Shown here piece after piece: positions 52,001 to 63,700 of a stretch of DNA of 64,000 bases; positions within the stretch are counted from its first letter, which is position 1, and each line of letters starts with the position of its first letter. Below the pieces are notes generated by a model. The model did not search any database. It worked only from the letters and a program-made list of their open reading frames with translations, and was not told the DNA's origin. The DNA is from Eledone cirrhosa (taxonomy: Eukaryota), in assembly GCA_964016885.1 (NCBI GenBank), contig OZ024740.1, positions 13,578,001 through 13,642,000 of the forward strand, written 5' to 3'. The position numbers and the translations under genes are program-made.

Positions 52001-52420
52001 GTAGTCAGAATGGTGTTCTGGTAGTCAGCCTGTTGTTCTGGTAGTCAGACTGCTATTCTGGTAGTCAGACTGGTGTTCTGGTAGTCAGACTTGTTCTGGT
52101 AGTCAGACTAGTGTTCTGGTAGTCAGACTGGTGTTCTGGTAGTCAGAATGGTGTTCTGGTAGTCAGAATGGTTCTGGTAGTCAGAATGGTTCTGGTAGTC
52201 AGAATGGTTCTGGTAGTCAGAAGGGTGTTCTGGTAGTCAGAATGGTGTTCTGGTAGTCAGAATGGTGTTCTGGTAGTCAGACTGGTGCTATGGTAGTTAC
52301 AATGGTGTTCTGGTAGTCAGAATGGCGTTCTGGTAGTCAGAATGGTGTTCTGGTAGTCAGACTGGTGCTATGGTAGTTACAATGGTGTTCTGGTAGTCAG
52401 AATGGTTCTGGTAGTGAGAA
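48560..52420. repeat. Tandem duplication, period 1909-1950 bp
   Basis: TTATCAGCC 48671/50580; GGCG variant 50374/52324; both halves carry GGTATTGTGG, AGTCGGAAT, TATTCCGAAT and GACTAATG variants. Confidence 0.85.
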
Positions 52421-54599
52421 TGGTGTTCTGGTAGTCAGAATGGTGTTCTGGTAGTGAGAATGGTGTTCTGGTAGTCAGAATGGTTCTGGTAGTGAGAATG
52501 GTGTTCTGGTAGTCAGAATGGTCTTCTGGTAGTCAGAATGGTGTTCTGCTAGTCAGAATGGTGTTCTGGTAGTCAGACTGGTGTTCTGGTAGTCAGAATG
52601 GTGTTCTGGTAGTCAGAATGGTGTTCTGGTAGTCAGAATGGTTCTGGTAGTGAGAATGGTGTTCTGGTAGTCAGAATGGTGTTCTGGTAGTCAGAATGGT
52701 GTTCTGGTAGTCAGACTGGTGTTCTGGTAGTCAGAATGGTGTTCTGGTAGTCAGACTGATGTTCTGATAGTCAGACTGGTGTTCTGGTAGTCAGACTGGT
52801 GTTCTGGTAGTCAGAATGTTGTTCTGGTAGTCAGAATGGTTCTGGTAGTCAGAATGGTTTTCTGGTAGTCAGAATGGTGTTGTGGTAGTCAGAATGGTGT
52901 TCTGGTAGTCAGAATGGTCTTCTGGTAGTCAGAATGGTTCTGGTAGTCAGAATGGTGTTCTGGTAGTCAGAATGGTGTTCTGGTAGTCAGAATGGTTCTG
53001 GTAGTCAGAATGGTTCTGGTAGTCAGAATGGTGTTCTGGTAGTCAGAATGGTGTTCTGGTAGTCAGAATGGTTCTGGTAGTCAGAATGGTTCTGGTAGTC
53101 AGAATGGTGTTCTGGTGGCCAGAATGGTGTTCTGGTAGTCAGAATGGTGTTCTAGTAGTCAGAAGGGTTCTGGTAGTCACAATGGTGTTCTGGTAGTCAG
53201 AATGGTGTTCTAGTAGTCAGAAGGGTTCTGGTAGTCAGAATGGTGTTCTGGTATACAGACTTGTGTTCTGGTAATCAGACTGGTGTTCTGGTAGTCAGAA
53301 TGGTGTTCTGGTAGTCAGACTGGTGTTCTCGTAGTCAGACTGGTGTTCTGGTAGTCAGAATGGTGTTCTGGTAGTCAGAATGGTGTTCTGGTAGTCAGAA
53401 TGGTGTTCTGGTAGTCAGAATGGTGTTCTGGTAGTCAGAATGATATTCTTGTAGTCAGAATGGTGTTCTGGTAGTCAGAATGGTGTTCTGGTAGTCAGAA
53501 TAGTGTTATGGTATTCAGAATGCTGTTCTAGTAGTCAGAAGGGTTCTGGTAGTCAGAATGGTGTTCTGGTAGTCAGAATGGTGTTCTGGTAGACAGAATG
53601 GTGTTCTGGTAGTCAGAATGGTGTTCTAGTAGTCAGAAGGGTTCTGGTAGTCAGAATGGTGTTCTGGTAGTCAAAATGGTGTTCTGGTAGTCAGAATGGT
53701 GTTCTAGTAGTCAGAAGGGTTCTGGTAGTCACAATGGTGTTCTGGTAGTTAGAATGGTGTTCTGGTAGTCAGAATGGTGTTCTGGTCGTCAGAATGGTGT
53801 TCTGGTAGTCAGAATGGTGTTCTGGTAGTCAGAATGGTGTTCTGGTAGTTAGAATGGATTTTCTGGTAGTCAGAATGGTGTTCTGGTAGTCCGAATGGTG
53901 TTCCGGTAGTCAGAATGGTGTTCTGGTAGTTAGAATGGTTCTGGTAGTCAGAATGGTCTTCTGGTAGTCAGAATGGTGTTCTGGTAGTCAGACTGGTGTT
54001 CTGGTAGTCAGAATGGTGTTCTGGTAGTCAGCCTGGTGTTGTGGTAGTCAGACTGCTATTCTGGTTGTCAGACTGGTGTTCTGGTAGTCAGACTTGTTCT
54101 GGTAGTCAGACTAGTGTTCTGGTAGTCAGACTGGTGTTCTGGTAGTCAGAATGGTGTTCTGGTAGTTAGAATGGTTCTGGTAGTCAGAATGGTCTTCTGG
54201 TAGTCAGAATGGTGTTCTGGTAGTCAGACTGGTGTTCTGGTAGTCAGAATGGTGTTCTGGTAGTCAGCCTGGTGTTCTGGTAGTCAGACTGCTATTCTGG
54301 TAGTCAGACTGGTGTTCTGGTAGTCAGACTTGTTCTGGTAGTCAGAATGGTTCTGGTAGTCAGAATGGTTCTGGTAGTCAGAATGGTTCTGGTAGTCAGA
54401 ATGGTGTTCTGGCAGTCAGAATGGTGTTCTGGTAGTCAGAATGGTGTTCTGGTAGTCAGAATGGTGTTCTGGTAGTCAGACTGGTGCTATGGTAGTCAGA
54501 ATGGTGTTCTGGTAGTCAGAATTGTTCTGGTAGTGAGAATGGTGTTCTGGTAGTCAGAATGGTGTTCTGGTAGTCAGAATGGTGTTCTGGTAGTCAGAA

Positions 54600-57100
54600 T
54601 GGTGTTCTGGTAGTCAGAATGGTGTTCTGGTAGTCAGACTGCTGTTCTGGTAGTCAGAATGGTGTTCTGGTAGTCAGAATGGTGTTCTGGTAGTCAGACT
54701 GATGTTCTGGTAGTCAGACTGGTGTTCTGTTAGTCAGACTGGTGTTCTGGCAGTCAGAATGGTGTTCTGGTAGTCAGAATGGTTCTGGTAGTCAGAATGG
54801 TTTTCTGGTAGTCAGAATGGTGTTGTGGTAGTCAGAATGGTGTTCTGGTAGTCAGAATGGTGTTCTGGTAGTCAGAATGGTCTTCTGGTATTCAGAATGG
54901 TTCAGGTAGTGAGAATGGTGTTCTGGTAGTCAGAATGGTTTCTGGTAGTCAGAATGGTGTTTTGATAGTCAGAATGGTGTTCTGTTAGTTAGAATGGATT
55001 TTCTGGTAGTCAGAATAGTGTTCTGGTAGTCCGAATGGTGTTCCGGTAGTCAGAATGGTGTTCTGGTAGTTAGAATGGTTCTGGTAGTCAGAATGGTCTT
55101 CTGGTAGTCAGAATGGTGTTCTGGTAGTCAGACTGGTGTTCTGGTAGTCAGAATGGTGTTCTGGTAGTCAGCCTGGTGTTCTGGTAGTCAGACTGCTATT
55201 CTGGTAGTCAGACTGGTGTTCTGGTAGTCAGACTTGTTCTGGTAGTCAGACTAGTGTTCTGGTAGTCAGACTAGTGTTCTGGTAGTCAGACTGGTGTTCT
55301 GGTAGTCAGAATGGTGTTCTGGTAGTCAGAATGGTTCTGGTAGTCAGAATGGTTCTGGTAGTCAGAATGGTTCTGGTAGTCAGAAGGGTGTTCTGGTAGT
55401 CAGAATGGTGTTCTGGTAGTCAGAATGGTGTTCTGGTAGTCAGACTGGTGCTATGGTAGTCAGAATGGTGTTCTGGTAGTCAGAATGGTTCTGGTAGTGT
55501 GAATGGTGTTCTGGTAGTCAGAATGGTGTTCTGGTAGTCAGAATGGTGTTCTGGTAGTCAGAATGGTTCTGGTAGTGAGAATGGTGTTCTGGTAGTCAGA
55601 ATGGTCTTCTGGTAGTCAGAATGGTGTTCTGCTAGTCAGAATGGTGTTCTGGTAGTCAGACTGGTGTTCTGGTAGTCAGAATGGTGTTCTGGTAGTCAGA
55701 ATGGTGTTCTGGTAGTCAGAATTGTTCTGGTAGTGAGAATGGTGTTCTGGTAGTCAGAATGGTGTTCTGGTAGTCAGAATGGTTCTGGTAGTGAGAATGG
55801 TGTTCTGGTAGTCAGAATGGTGTTCTGGTAGTCAGAATGGTGTTCTGCTAGTCAGAATGGTGTTCTGGTAGTCAGACTGGTGTTCTGGTAGTCAGAATGG
55901 TGTTCTGGTAATCAGAATGGTGTTCTGGTAGTCAGAATGGTGTTCTGGTAGTCAGAATGGTGTTCTGGTAGTCAGACTGCTGTTCTGGTAGTCAGAATGG
56001 TGTTCTGGTAGTCAGAATGGTGTTCTGGTAGTCAGACTGATGTTCTGGTAGTCAGACTGGTGTTCTGGTAGTCAGACTGGTGTTCTGGTAGTCAGAATGG
56101 TGTTCTGGTAGTCAGAATGGTTCTGGTAGTCAGAATGGTTTTCTGGTAGTCGGAATGGTGTTGTGGTAGTCAGAATGGTGTTCTGGTAGTCAGAATGGTG
56201 TTCTGGTAGTCAGAATGGTCTTCTGGTAGTCAGAATGGTTCTGGTAGTGAGAATGGTGTTCTGGTAGTCAGAATGGTTTCTGGTAGTCAGAATGGTGTTT
56301 TGATAGTCAGAATGGTGTTCTGTTAGTTAGAATGGATTTTCTGGTAGTCAGAATGGTGTTCTGGTAGTCCGAATGGTGTTCCGGTAGTCAGAATGGTGTT
56401 CTGGTAGTTAGAATGGTTCTGGTAGTCAGAATGGTCTTCTGGTAGTCAGAATGGTGTTCTGTTAGTCAGACTGGTGTTCTGGTAGTCAGAATGGTGTTCT
56501 GGTAGTCAGCCTGGTGTTCTGGTAGTCAGACTGCTATTCTGGTAGTCAGACTGGTGTTCTGGTAGTCAGACTTGTTCTGGTAGTCAGACTAGTGTTCTGG
56601 TAGTCAGACTAGTGTTCTGGTAGTCAGACTGGTGTTCTGGTAGTCAGAATGGTGTTCTGGTAGTCAGAATGGTTCTGGTAGTCAGAATGGTTCTGGTAGT
56701 CAGAATGGTTCTGGTAGTCAGAAGGGTGTTCTGGTAGTCAGAATGGTGTTCTGGTAGTCAGAATGGTGTTCTGGTAGTCAGACTGGTGCTATGGTAGTCA
56801 GAATGGTTTTCTGGTAGTCAGAATGGTTCTGGTAGTGTGAATGGTGTTCTGGTAGTCAGAATGGTGTTCTGGTAGTCAGAATGGTGTTCTGGTAGTCAGA
56901 ATGGTTCTGGTAGTGAGAATGGTGTTCTGGTAGTCAGAATGGTCTTCTGGTAGTCAGAATGGTGTTCTGCTAGTCAGAATGGTGTTCTGGTAGTCAGACT
57001 GGTGTTCTGGTAGTCAGAATGGTGTTCTGGTAGTCAGAATGGTGTTCTGGTAGTCAGAATGGTTCTGGTAGTGAGAATGGTGTTCTGGTAGTCAGAATGG
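54600..57100. repeat. Tandem duplication, period ~1338 bp
   Basis: TTTGATAG...TGTTAGTTAGAATGGATTT with GAT at 54964 and 56302; GGTAGTGTGAAT at 55493 and 56831. Confidence 0.8.
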
Positions 57101-57749
57101 TGTTCTGGTAGTCAGAATGGTGTTCTGGTAGTCAGAATGGTGTTCTGGTAGTCATACTGGTGTTCTGGAAGTCAGAATGGTGTTCTGGTAGTCAGAATGG
57201 TGTTCTGGTAGTCAGACTGATGTTCTGATAGTCAGACTGGTGTTCTGGTAGTCAGACTGGTGTTCTGGTAGTCAGAATGGTGTTCTGGTAGTCAGAATGG
57301 TTTGGTAGTCAGAATGGTTTTCTGGTAGTCAGAATGGTGTTGTGGTAGTCAGAATGGTGTTCTGGTAGTCAGAATGGTCTTCTGGTAGTCAGAATGGTTC
57401 TGGTAGTCAGAATGGTGTTCTGGTAGTCAGAATGGTGTTCTGGTAGTCAGAATGGTTCTGGTAGTCAGAATGGTTCTGGTAGTCAGAATGGTGTTCTGGT
57501 AGTCAGAATGGTGTTGTGGTAGTCAGAATGGTGTTCTGGTAGTCAGAATGGTTCTGGTAGTCAGAATGGTTCTGGTAGTCAGAATGGTGTTCTGGTAGTC
57601 AGAATGGTGTTCTGGTAGTCAGAATGGTGTTCTGGTATACAGACTTGTGTTCTGGTAATCAGACTGGTGTTCTGGTAGTCAGAATGGTGTTCTGGTAGTC
57701 AGACTGGTGTTCTCGTAGTCAGAATGGTGTTCTGGTAGTCAGAATGGTG

Positions 57750-60700
57750 TTCTGGTAGTCAGAATGGTGTTCTGGTAGTCAGAATGGTGTTCTGGTAGTC
57801 AGAATGGTGTTCTGTTAGTCAAAATGGTGTTCTGGTAGTCAAAATGGTGTTCTGGTAGTCAGAATGGTGTTCTGGTAGTCAGAATGGTGTTCTGGTAGTC
57901 AGAATGGTGTTCTGGTAGTCAAAATGGTGTTCTGGTATTCAAAATGGTGTTCTGATAGTCAGACTGGTGTTCTGGTAGTCAGACTGGTGTTCTAGTAGTC
58001 AGAATAGTTCTGGTACAGACTGATGTTTTGGTAGTCAGAATGGTGTTCTGGTAGTCAGACTGGTGTTCTGGTAGTCAGACTGGTGTTCTGGTAGTCAAAA
58101 TGGTGTTCTGGTAGTCAAAATGGTGTTCTGGTAGTCAGAATGGTGTTCTGGTAGTCAGACTGGTGTTCTAGTAGTCATAATGGTGTTCTGGTAGTCAGAA
58201 TGGCGTTCTGGTAGTCAGAATGGTGTTCTGGTAGTCAGACTGATGTTCTGGTAGTCAGAATGGTGTTCTGGTAGTCAGAATGGTGTTCTGGTAGTCAGAA
58301 TGGTGTTCTGCTAGTCAGAATGGTGTTCTGGCAGTCAGACTGGTGTTCTGGTAGTGAGAATGGTGTTCTGGTAGTCAGAATGGTGTTCTGGTAGTCAGAA
58401 TGGTGTTCTGGTAGTCAGAATGGTGTTCTGGTAGTCAGAATGGTGTTCTTGTAGTCAGACTGCTGTTCTGGTAGTCAGAATGGTGTTCTGGTAGTCAGAC
58501 TGATGTTCTGGTAGTCAGACTGGTGTTCTGGTAGTCAGACTGGTGTTCTGGTAGTCAGACTGGTGTTCTGGTAGTCAGAATGGTGTTCTGGTAGTCACAA
58601 TGGTGTTCTGCTAGTCAGAATGGTGTTCTGGTAGTTAGAATGGATTTTCTGGTAGTCAGAATGGTGTTCTGGTAGTCCGAATGGTGTTCCGGTAGTCAGA
58701 ATGGTGTTCTGGTAGTCAGACTGCTATTCTGGTAGTCAGACTGGTGTTCTGGTAGTCAGACTTGTTCTGGTAGTCAGACTAGTGTTCTGGTAGTCAGACT
58801 GGTGTTCTGGTAGTCAGAATGGTGTTCTGGTAGTTAGAATGGTTCTGGTAGTCAGAATGGTCTTCTGGTAGTCAGAATGGTGTTCTGGTAGTCAGACTGG
58901 TGTTCTGGTAGTCAGAATGGTGTTCTGGTAGTCAGCCTGGTGTTCTGGTAGTCAGACTGCTATTCTGGTAGTCAGACTGGTGTTCTGGTAGTCAGACTTG
59001 TTCTGGTAGTCAGACTAGTGTTCTGGCAGTCAGACTGGTGTTCTGGTAGTCAGAATGGTGTTCTGGTAGTCAGAATGGTTCTGATAGTCAGAATGGTTCT
59101 GGTAGTCAGAATGGTTCTGGTAGTCAGAAGGGTGTTCTGGTAGTCAGAATGGTGTTCTGGTAGTCAGAATGGTGTTCTGGTAGTCAGACTGGTGCTATGG
59201 TAGTTACAATGGTGTTCTGGTAGTCAGAATGGTTCTGGTAGTGAGAATGGTGTTCTGGTAGTCAGAATGGTGTTCTGGTAGTCAGAATGGTGTTCTGGTA
59301 GTCAGAATGGTTCTGGTAGTGAGAATGGTGTTCTGGTAGTCAGAATGGTCTTCTGGTAGTCAGAATGGTGTTCTGCTAGTCAGAATGGTGTTCTGGTAGT
59401 CAGACTGGTGTTCTGGTAGTCAGAATGGTGTTCTGGTAGTCAGAATGGTGTTCTGGTAGTCAGAATGGTTCTGGTAGTGTGAATGGTGTTCTGGTAGTCA
59501 GAATGGTGTTCTGGTAGTCAGAATGGTGTTCTGGTAGTCAGAATGGTGTTCTGGTAGTCAGACTGGTGTTCTGGTAGTCAGAATGGTGTTCTGGTAGTCA
59601 GACTGATGTTCTGATAGTCAGACTGGTGTTCTGGTAGTCAGACTGGTGTTCTGGTAGTCAGAATGGTGTTCTGGTAGTCAGAATGGTTCTGGTAGTCAGA
59701 ATGGTTTTCTGGTAGTCAGAATGGTGTTGTGGTAGTCAGAATGGTGTTCTGGTAGTCAGAATGGTCTTCTGGTAGTCAGAATGGTTCTGGTAGTCAGAAT
59801 GGTGTTCTGGTAGTCAGAATGGTGTTCTGGTAGTCAGAATGGTTCTGGTAGTCAGAATGGTTCTGGTAGTCAGAATGCTGTTCTGGTAGTCAGAATGGTG
59901 TTGTGGCAGTCAGAATGGTGTTCTGGTAGTCAGAATGGTTCTGGTAGTCAGAAAGGTTCTGGTAGTCAGAAAGGTGTTCTGGTAGTCAGAATGGTGTTCT
60001 GGTAGTCAGAATGGTGTTCTGGTATACAGACTTGTGTTCTGGTAATCAGACTGGTGTTCATGTAGTCAGAATGGTGTTCTGGTAGTCAGACTGGTGTTCT
60101 CGTAGTCAGACTGGTGTTCTGGTAGTGAGAATGGTGTTCTGGTAGTCAGAATGGTGTTCTGGTAGTCAGAATGGTGTTCTGGTAGTCAGAATGATATTCT
60201 TGTAGTCAGAATGGTGTTCTGGTAGTCAGAATGGTGTTCTGGTAGTCAGAATAGTGTTATGGTAATCAGAATGGTGTTCTAGTAGTCAGAAGGGTTCTGG
60301 TAGTCAGAATGGTGTTCTGGTAGTCAGAATGGTGTTCTGGTAGACAGAATGGTGTTCTGGTAGTCAGAATGGTGTTCTAGTAGTCAGAAGGGTTCTGGTA
60401 GTCAGAATGGTGTTCTGGTAGTCAAAATGGTGTTCTGGTAGTCAGAATGGTGTTCTAGTGGTCAGAAAGGTTCTGGTAGTCACAATGGTGTTCTGGTAGT
60501 CATAATGGTGTTCTAGTAGTCAGAAGGGTTCTGGTAGTCAGAATGGTGTTCTGGTAGTCAGAATGGTGTTCTGGTCGTCAGAATGGTGTTCTGGTAGTCA
60601 AAATGGTGTTCTGGTAGTCAGAATGGTGTTCTGGTAGTTAGAATGGATTTTCTGGTAGTCAGAATGGTGTTCTGGTAGTCCGAATGGTGTTCCGGTAGTC

Positions 60701-63700
60701 AGAATGGTGTTCTGGTAGTTAGAATGGTTCTGGTAGTCAGAATGGTCTTCTGGTAGTCAGAATGGTGTTCTGGTAGTCAGACTGGTGTTCTGGTAGTCAG
60801 AATGGTGTTCTGGTAGTCAGCCTGGTGTTCTGGTAGTCAGACTGCTATTCTGGTAGTCAGACTGGTGTTCTGGTAGTCAGACTTGTTCTGATAGTCAGAC
60901 TAGTGTTCTGGTAGTCAGACTGGTGTTCTGGTAGTCAGAATGGTGTTCTGGTAGTTAGAATGGTTCTGGTAGTCAGAATGGTCTTCTGGTAGTCAGAATG
61001 GTGTTCTGGTAGTCAGACTGGTGTTCTGGTAGTCAGAATGGTGTTCTGGTAGTCAGCCTGGTGTTCTGGTAGTCAGACTGCTATTCTGGTAGTCAGACTG
61101 GTGTTCTGGTAGTCAGACTTGTTCTGGTAGTCAGACTAGTGTTCTGGTAGTCAGACTGGTGTTCTGGTAGTCAGAATGGTGTTCTGGTAGTCAGAATGGT
61201 TCTGGTAGTCAGAATGGTTCTGGTAGTCAGAATGGTTCTGGTAGTCAGAATGGTGTTCGGGCAGTCAGAATGGTGTTCTGGTAGTCAGAATGGTGTTCTG
61301 GTAGTCAGACTGGTGCTATGGTAGTCAGAATTTTGTTCTGGTAGTCAGAATGGTGTTCTGGTAGTCAGAATGGTGTTCTGGTAGTCAGAATGGTGTTCTG
61401 GTAGTCAGACTGGTGCTATGGTAGTCAGAATGGTGTTCTGGTAGTCAGAATGGTTCTGGTAGTGAGAATGGTGTTCTGGTAGTCAGAATGGTGTTCTGGT
61501 AGTCAGAAGTGTGTTCTGGTAGTCAGAATGGTTCTGGTAGTGAGAATGGTGTTCTGGTAGTCAGAATGTGTTCTGGTAGTCAGAATGGTGTTCTGGTAGT
61601 CAGAATGGTGTTCTGGTAGTCAGAATGGTGTTCTGGTAGTCAGAATGGTTCTGGTAATGAGAATGGTGTTCTGGTAGTCAGAATGGTGTTCTGGTAGTCA
61701 GAATGGTGTTCTGGTAGTCAGAATGCTGTTCTGGTAGTCAGACTGCTGTTCTGGTAGTCAGAATGGTGTTCTGGTAGTCAGAATGGTGTTCTGGTAGTCA
61801 GACTGATGTTCTGGTAGTCAGACTGGTGTTCTGGTAGTCAGACTGGTGTTCTGGTAGTCAGAATGGTGTTCTGGTAGTCACAATGGTTTTGGTAGTCAGA
61901 ATGGTTTTCTGGTAGTCAGAATGGTGTTGTGGTAGTCAGAATGGTGTTCTGGTAGTCAGAATGGTGTTCTGGTAGTCAGAATGGTCTACTGGTAGTCAGA
62001 ATGGTTCTGGTAGTGAGAATGGTGTTCTGGTAGTCAGAATGGTGTTCTGGTAGTCAGAATGGTGTTTTGGTAGTCAGAATGGTGTTCTGTTAGTTAGAAT
62101 GGATTTTCTGGTAGTCAGAATGGTGTTCTGGTAGTCCGAATGGTGTTCCGGTAGTCAGAATGGTGTTCTGGTTGTTAGAATGGTTCTGGTAGTCAGACTG
62201 GTGTTCTGGTAGTCAGAATGGTGTTCTGGTTATCAGCCTGGTGTTCTGGTAGTCAGACTGCTATTCTGGTAGACAGACTGGTGTTCTGGTAGTCAGACTT
62301 GTTCTGGTAGTCAGACTAGTGTTCTGGTAGTCAGACTGGTGTTCTGGTAGTCAGAATGTTGTTCTGGTAGTTAGAATGGTTCTGGTGGTCAGAATGGTCT
62401 TCTGGTAGTCAGAATGGTGTTCTGGTAGTCAGACTGGTGTTCTGGTAGTCAGAATTGTGTTCTGGTAGTCAGCCTGGTGTTCTGGTAGTCAGACTGCTAT
62501 TCTGGTAGTCAGACTAGTGTTCTGGTAGTCAGACTTGTTCTGGTAGTCAGACTAGTGTTCTGGTAGTCAGACTGGTGTTCTGGTAGTCAGAATGGTGTTC
62601 TGGTAGTCAGAATGGTGTTCTGGTAGTCAGAATGGTGTTCTGCTAGTCAGAATGGTGTTCTGGTAGTCAGACTGGTGTTCTGGTAGTCAGAATGGTGTTC
62701 TGGTAGTCAGAATGGTTCTGGTAGTGAGAATGGTGTTCTGGTAGTCAGAATGGTGTTCTGGTAGTCAGAATGGTGTTCTGGTAGTCAGAATGGTGTTCTT
62801 GTAGTCAGACTGCTGTTCTGGTAGTCAGACTGGTGTTCTGGTAGTCAGAATGGTGTTCTGGTAGTCAGACTGATGTTCTGGTAGTCAGAATGGTGTTCTG
62901 GTAGTCAGAATGGTTCTGGTAGTCAGAATGGTTTTCTGGTAGTCAGAATGGTGTTGTGGTAGTCAGAATGGTGTTCTGGTAGTCAGAATGGTCTTCTGGT
63001 AGTCAGAATGGTTCTGGTAGTGAGAATGGTGTTCTGGTAGTCAGAATGGTGTTCTGGTAGTCAGAATGGTGTTCTGGTAGTCAGAATGGTTCTGGTAGTG
63101 AGAATGGTGTTCTGGTAGTCAGAATGGTGTTCTGGTAGTCAGAATGGTGTTCTGCTAGTCAGAATGGTGTTCTGGTAGTCAGACTGGTGTTCTGGTAGTC
63201 AGAATGGTGTTCTGGTAGTCAGAATGGTTCTGGTAGTGAGAATGGTGTTCTGGTAGTCAGAATGGTGTTCTGGTAGTCAGAATGGTGTTCTGGTAGTCAG
63301 AATGGTATTGTGGTAGTCAGAATGGTGTTCTGGTAGTCGGAATGGTGTTCTGGTAGTCAGAATGGTGTTCTGGTAGTTAGAATGGATTTTCTGGTAGTCA
63401 GAATGGTGTTCTGGTATTCCGAATGGTGTTCCGGTAGTCAGAATGGTGTTCTGGTAGTCAGACTGCTATTCTGGTAGTCAGACTAGTGTTCTGGTAGTCA
63501 GACTTGTTCTGGTAGTCAGACTAATGTTCTGGTAGTCAGACTGGTGTTCTGGTAGTCAGAATGGTGTTCTGGTAGTTAGAATGGTTCTGGTAGTCAGAAT
63601 GGTCTTCTGGTAGTCAGAATGGTGTTCTGGTAGTCAGACTGGTGTTCTGGTAGTCAGAATGGTGTTCTGGTAGTCAGCCTGTTGTTCTGGTAGTCAGACT

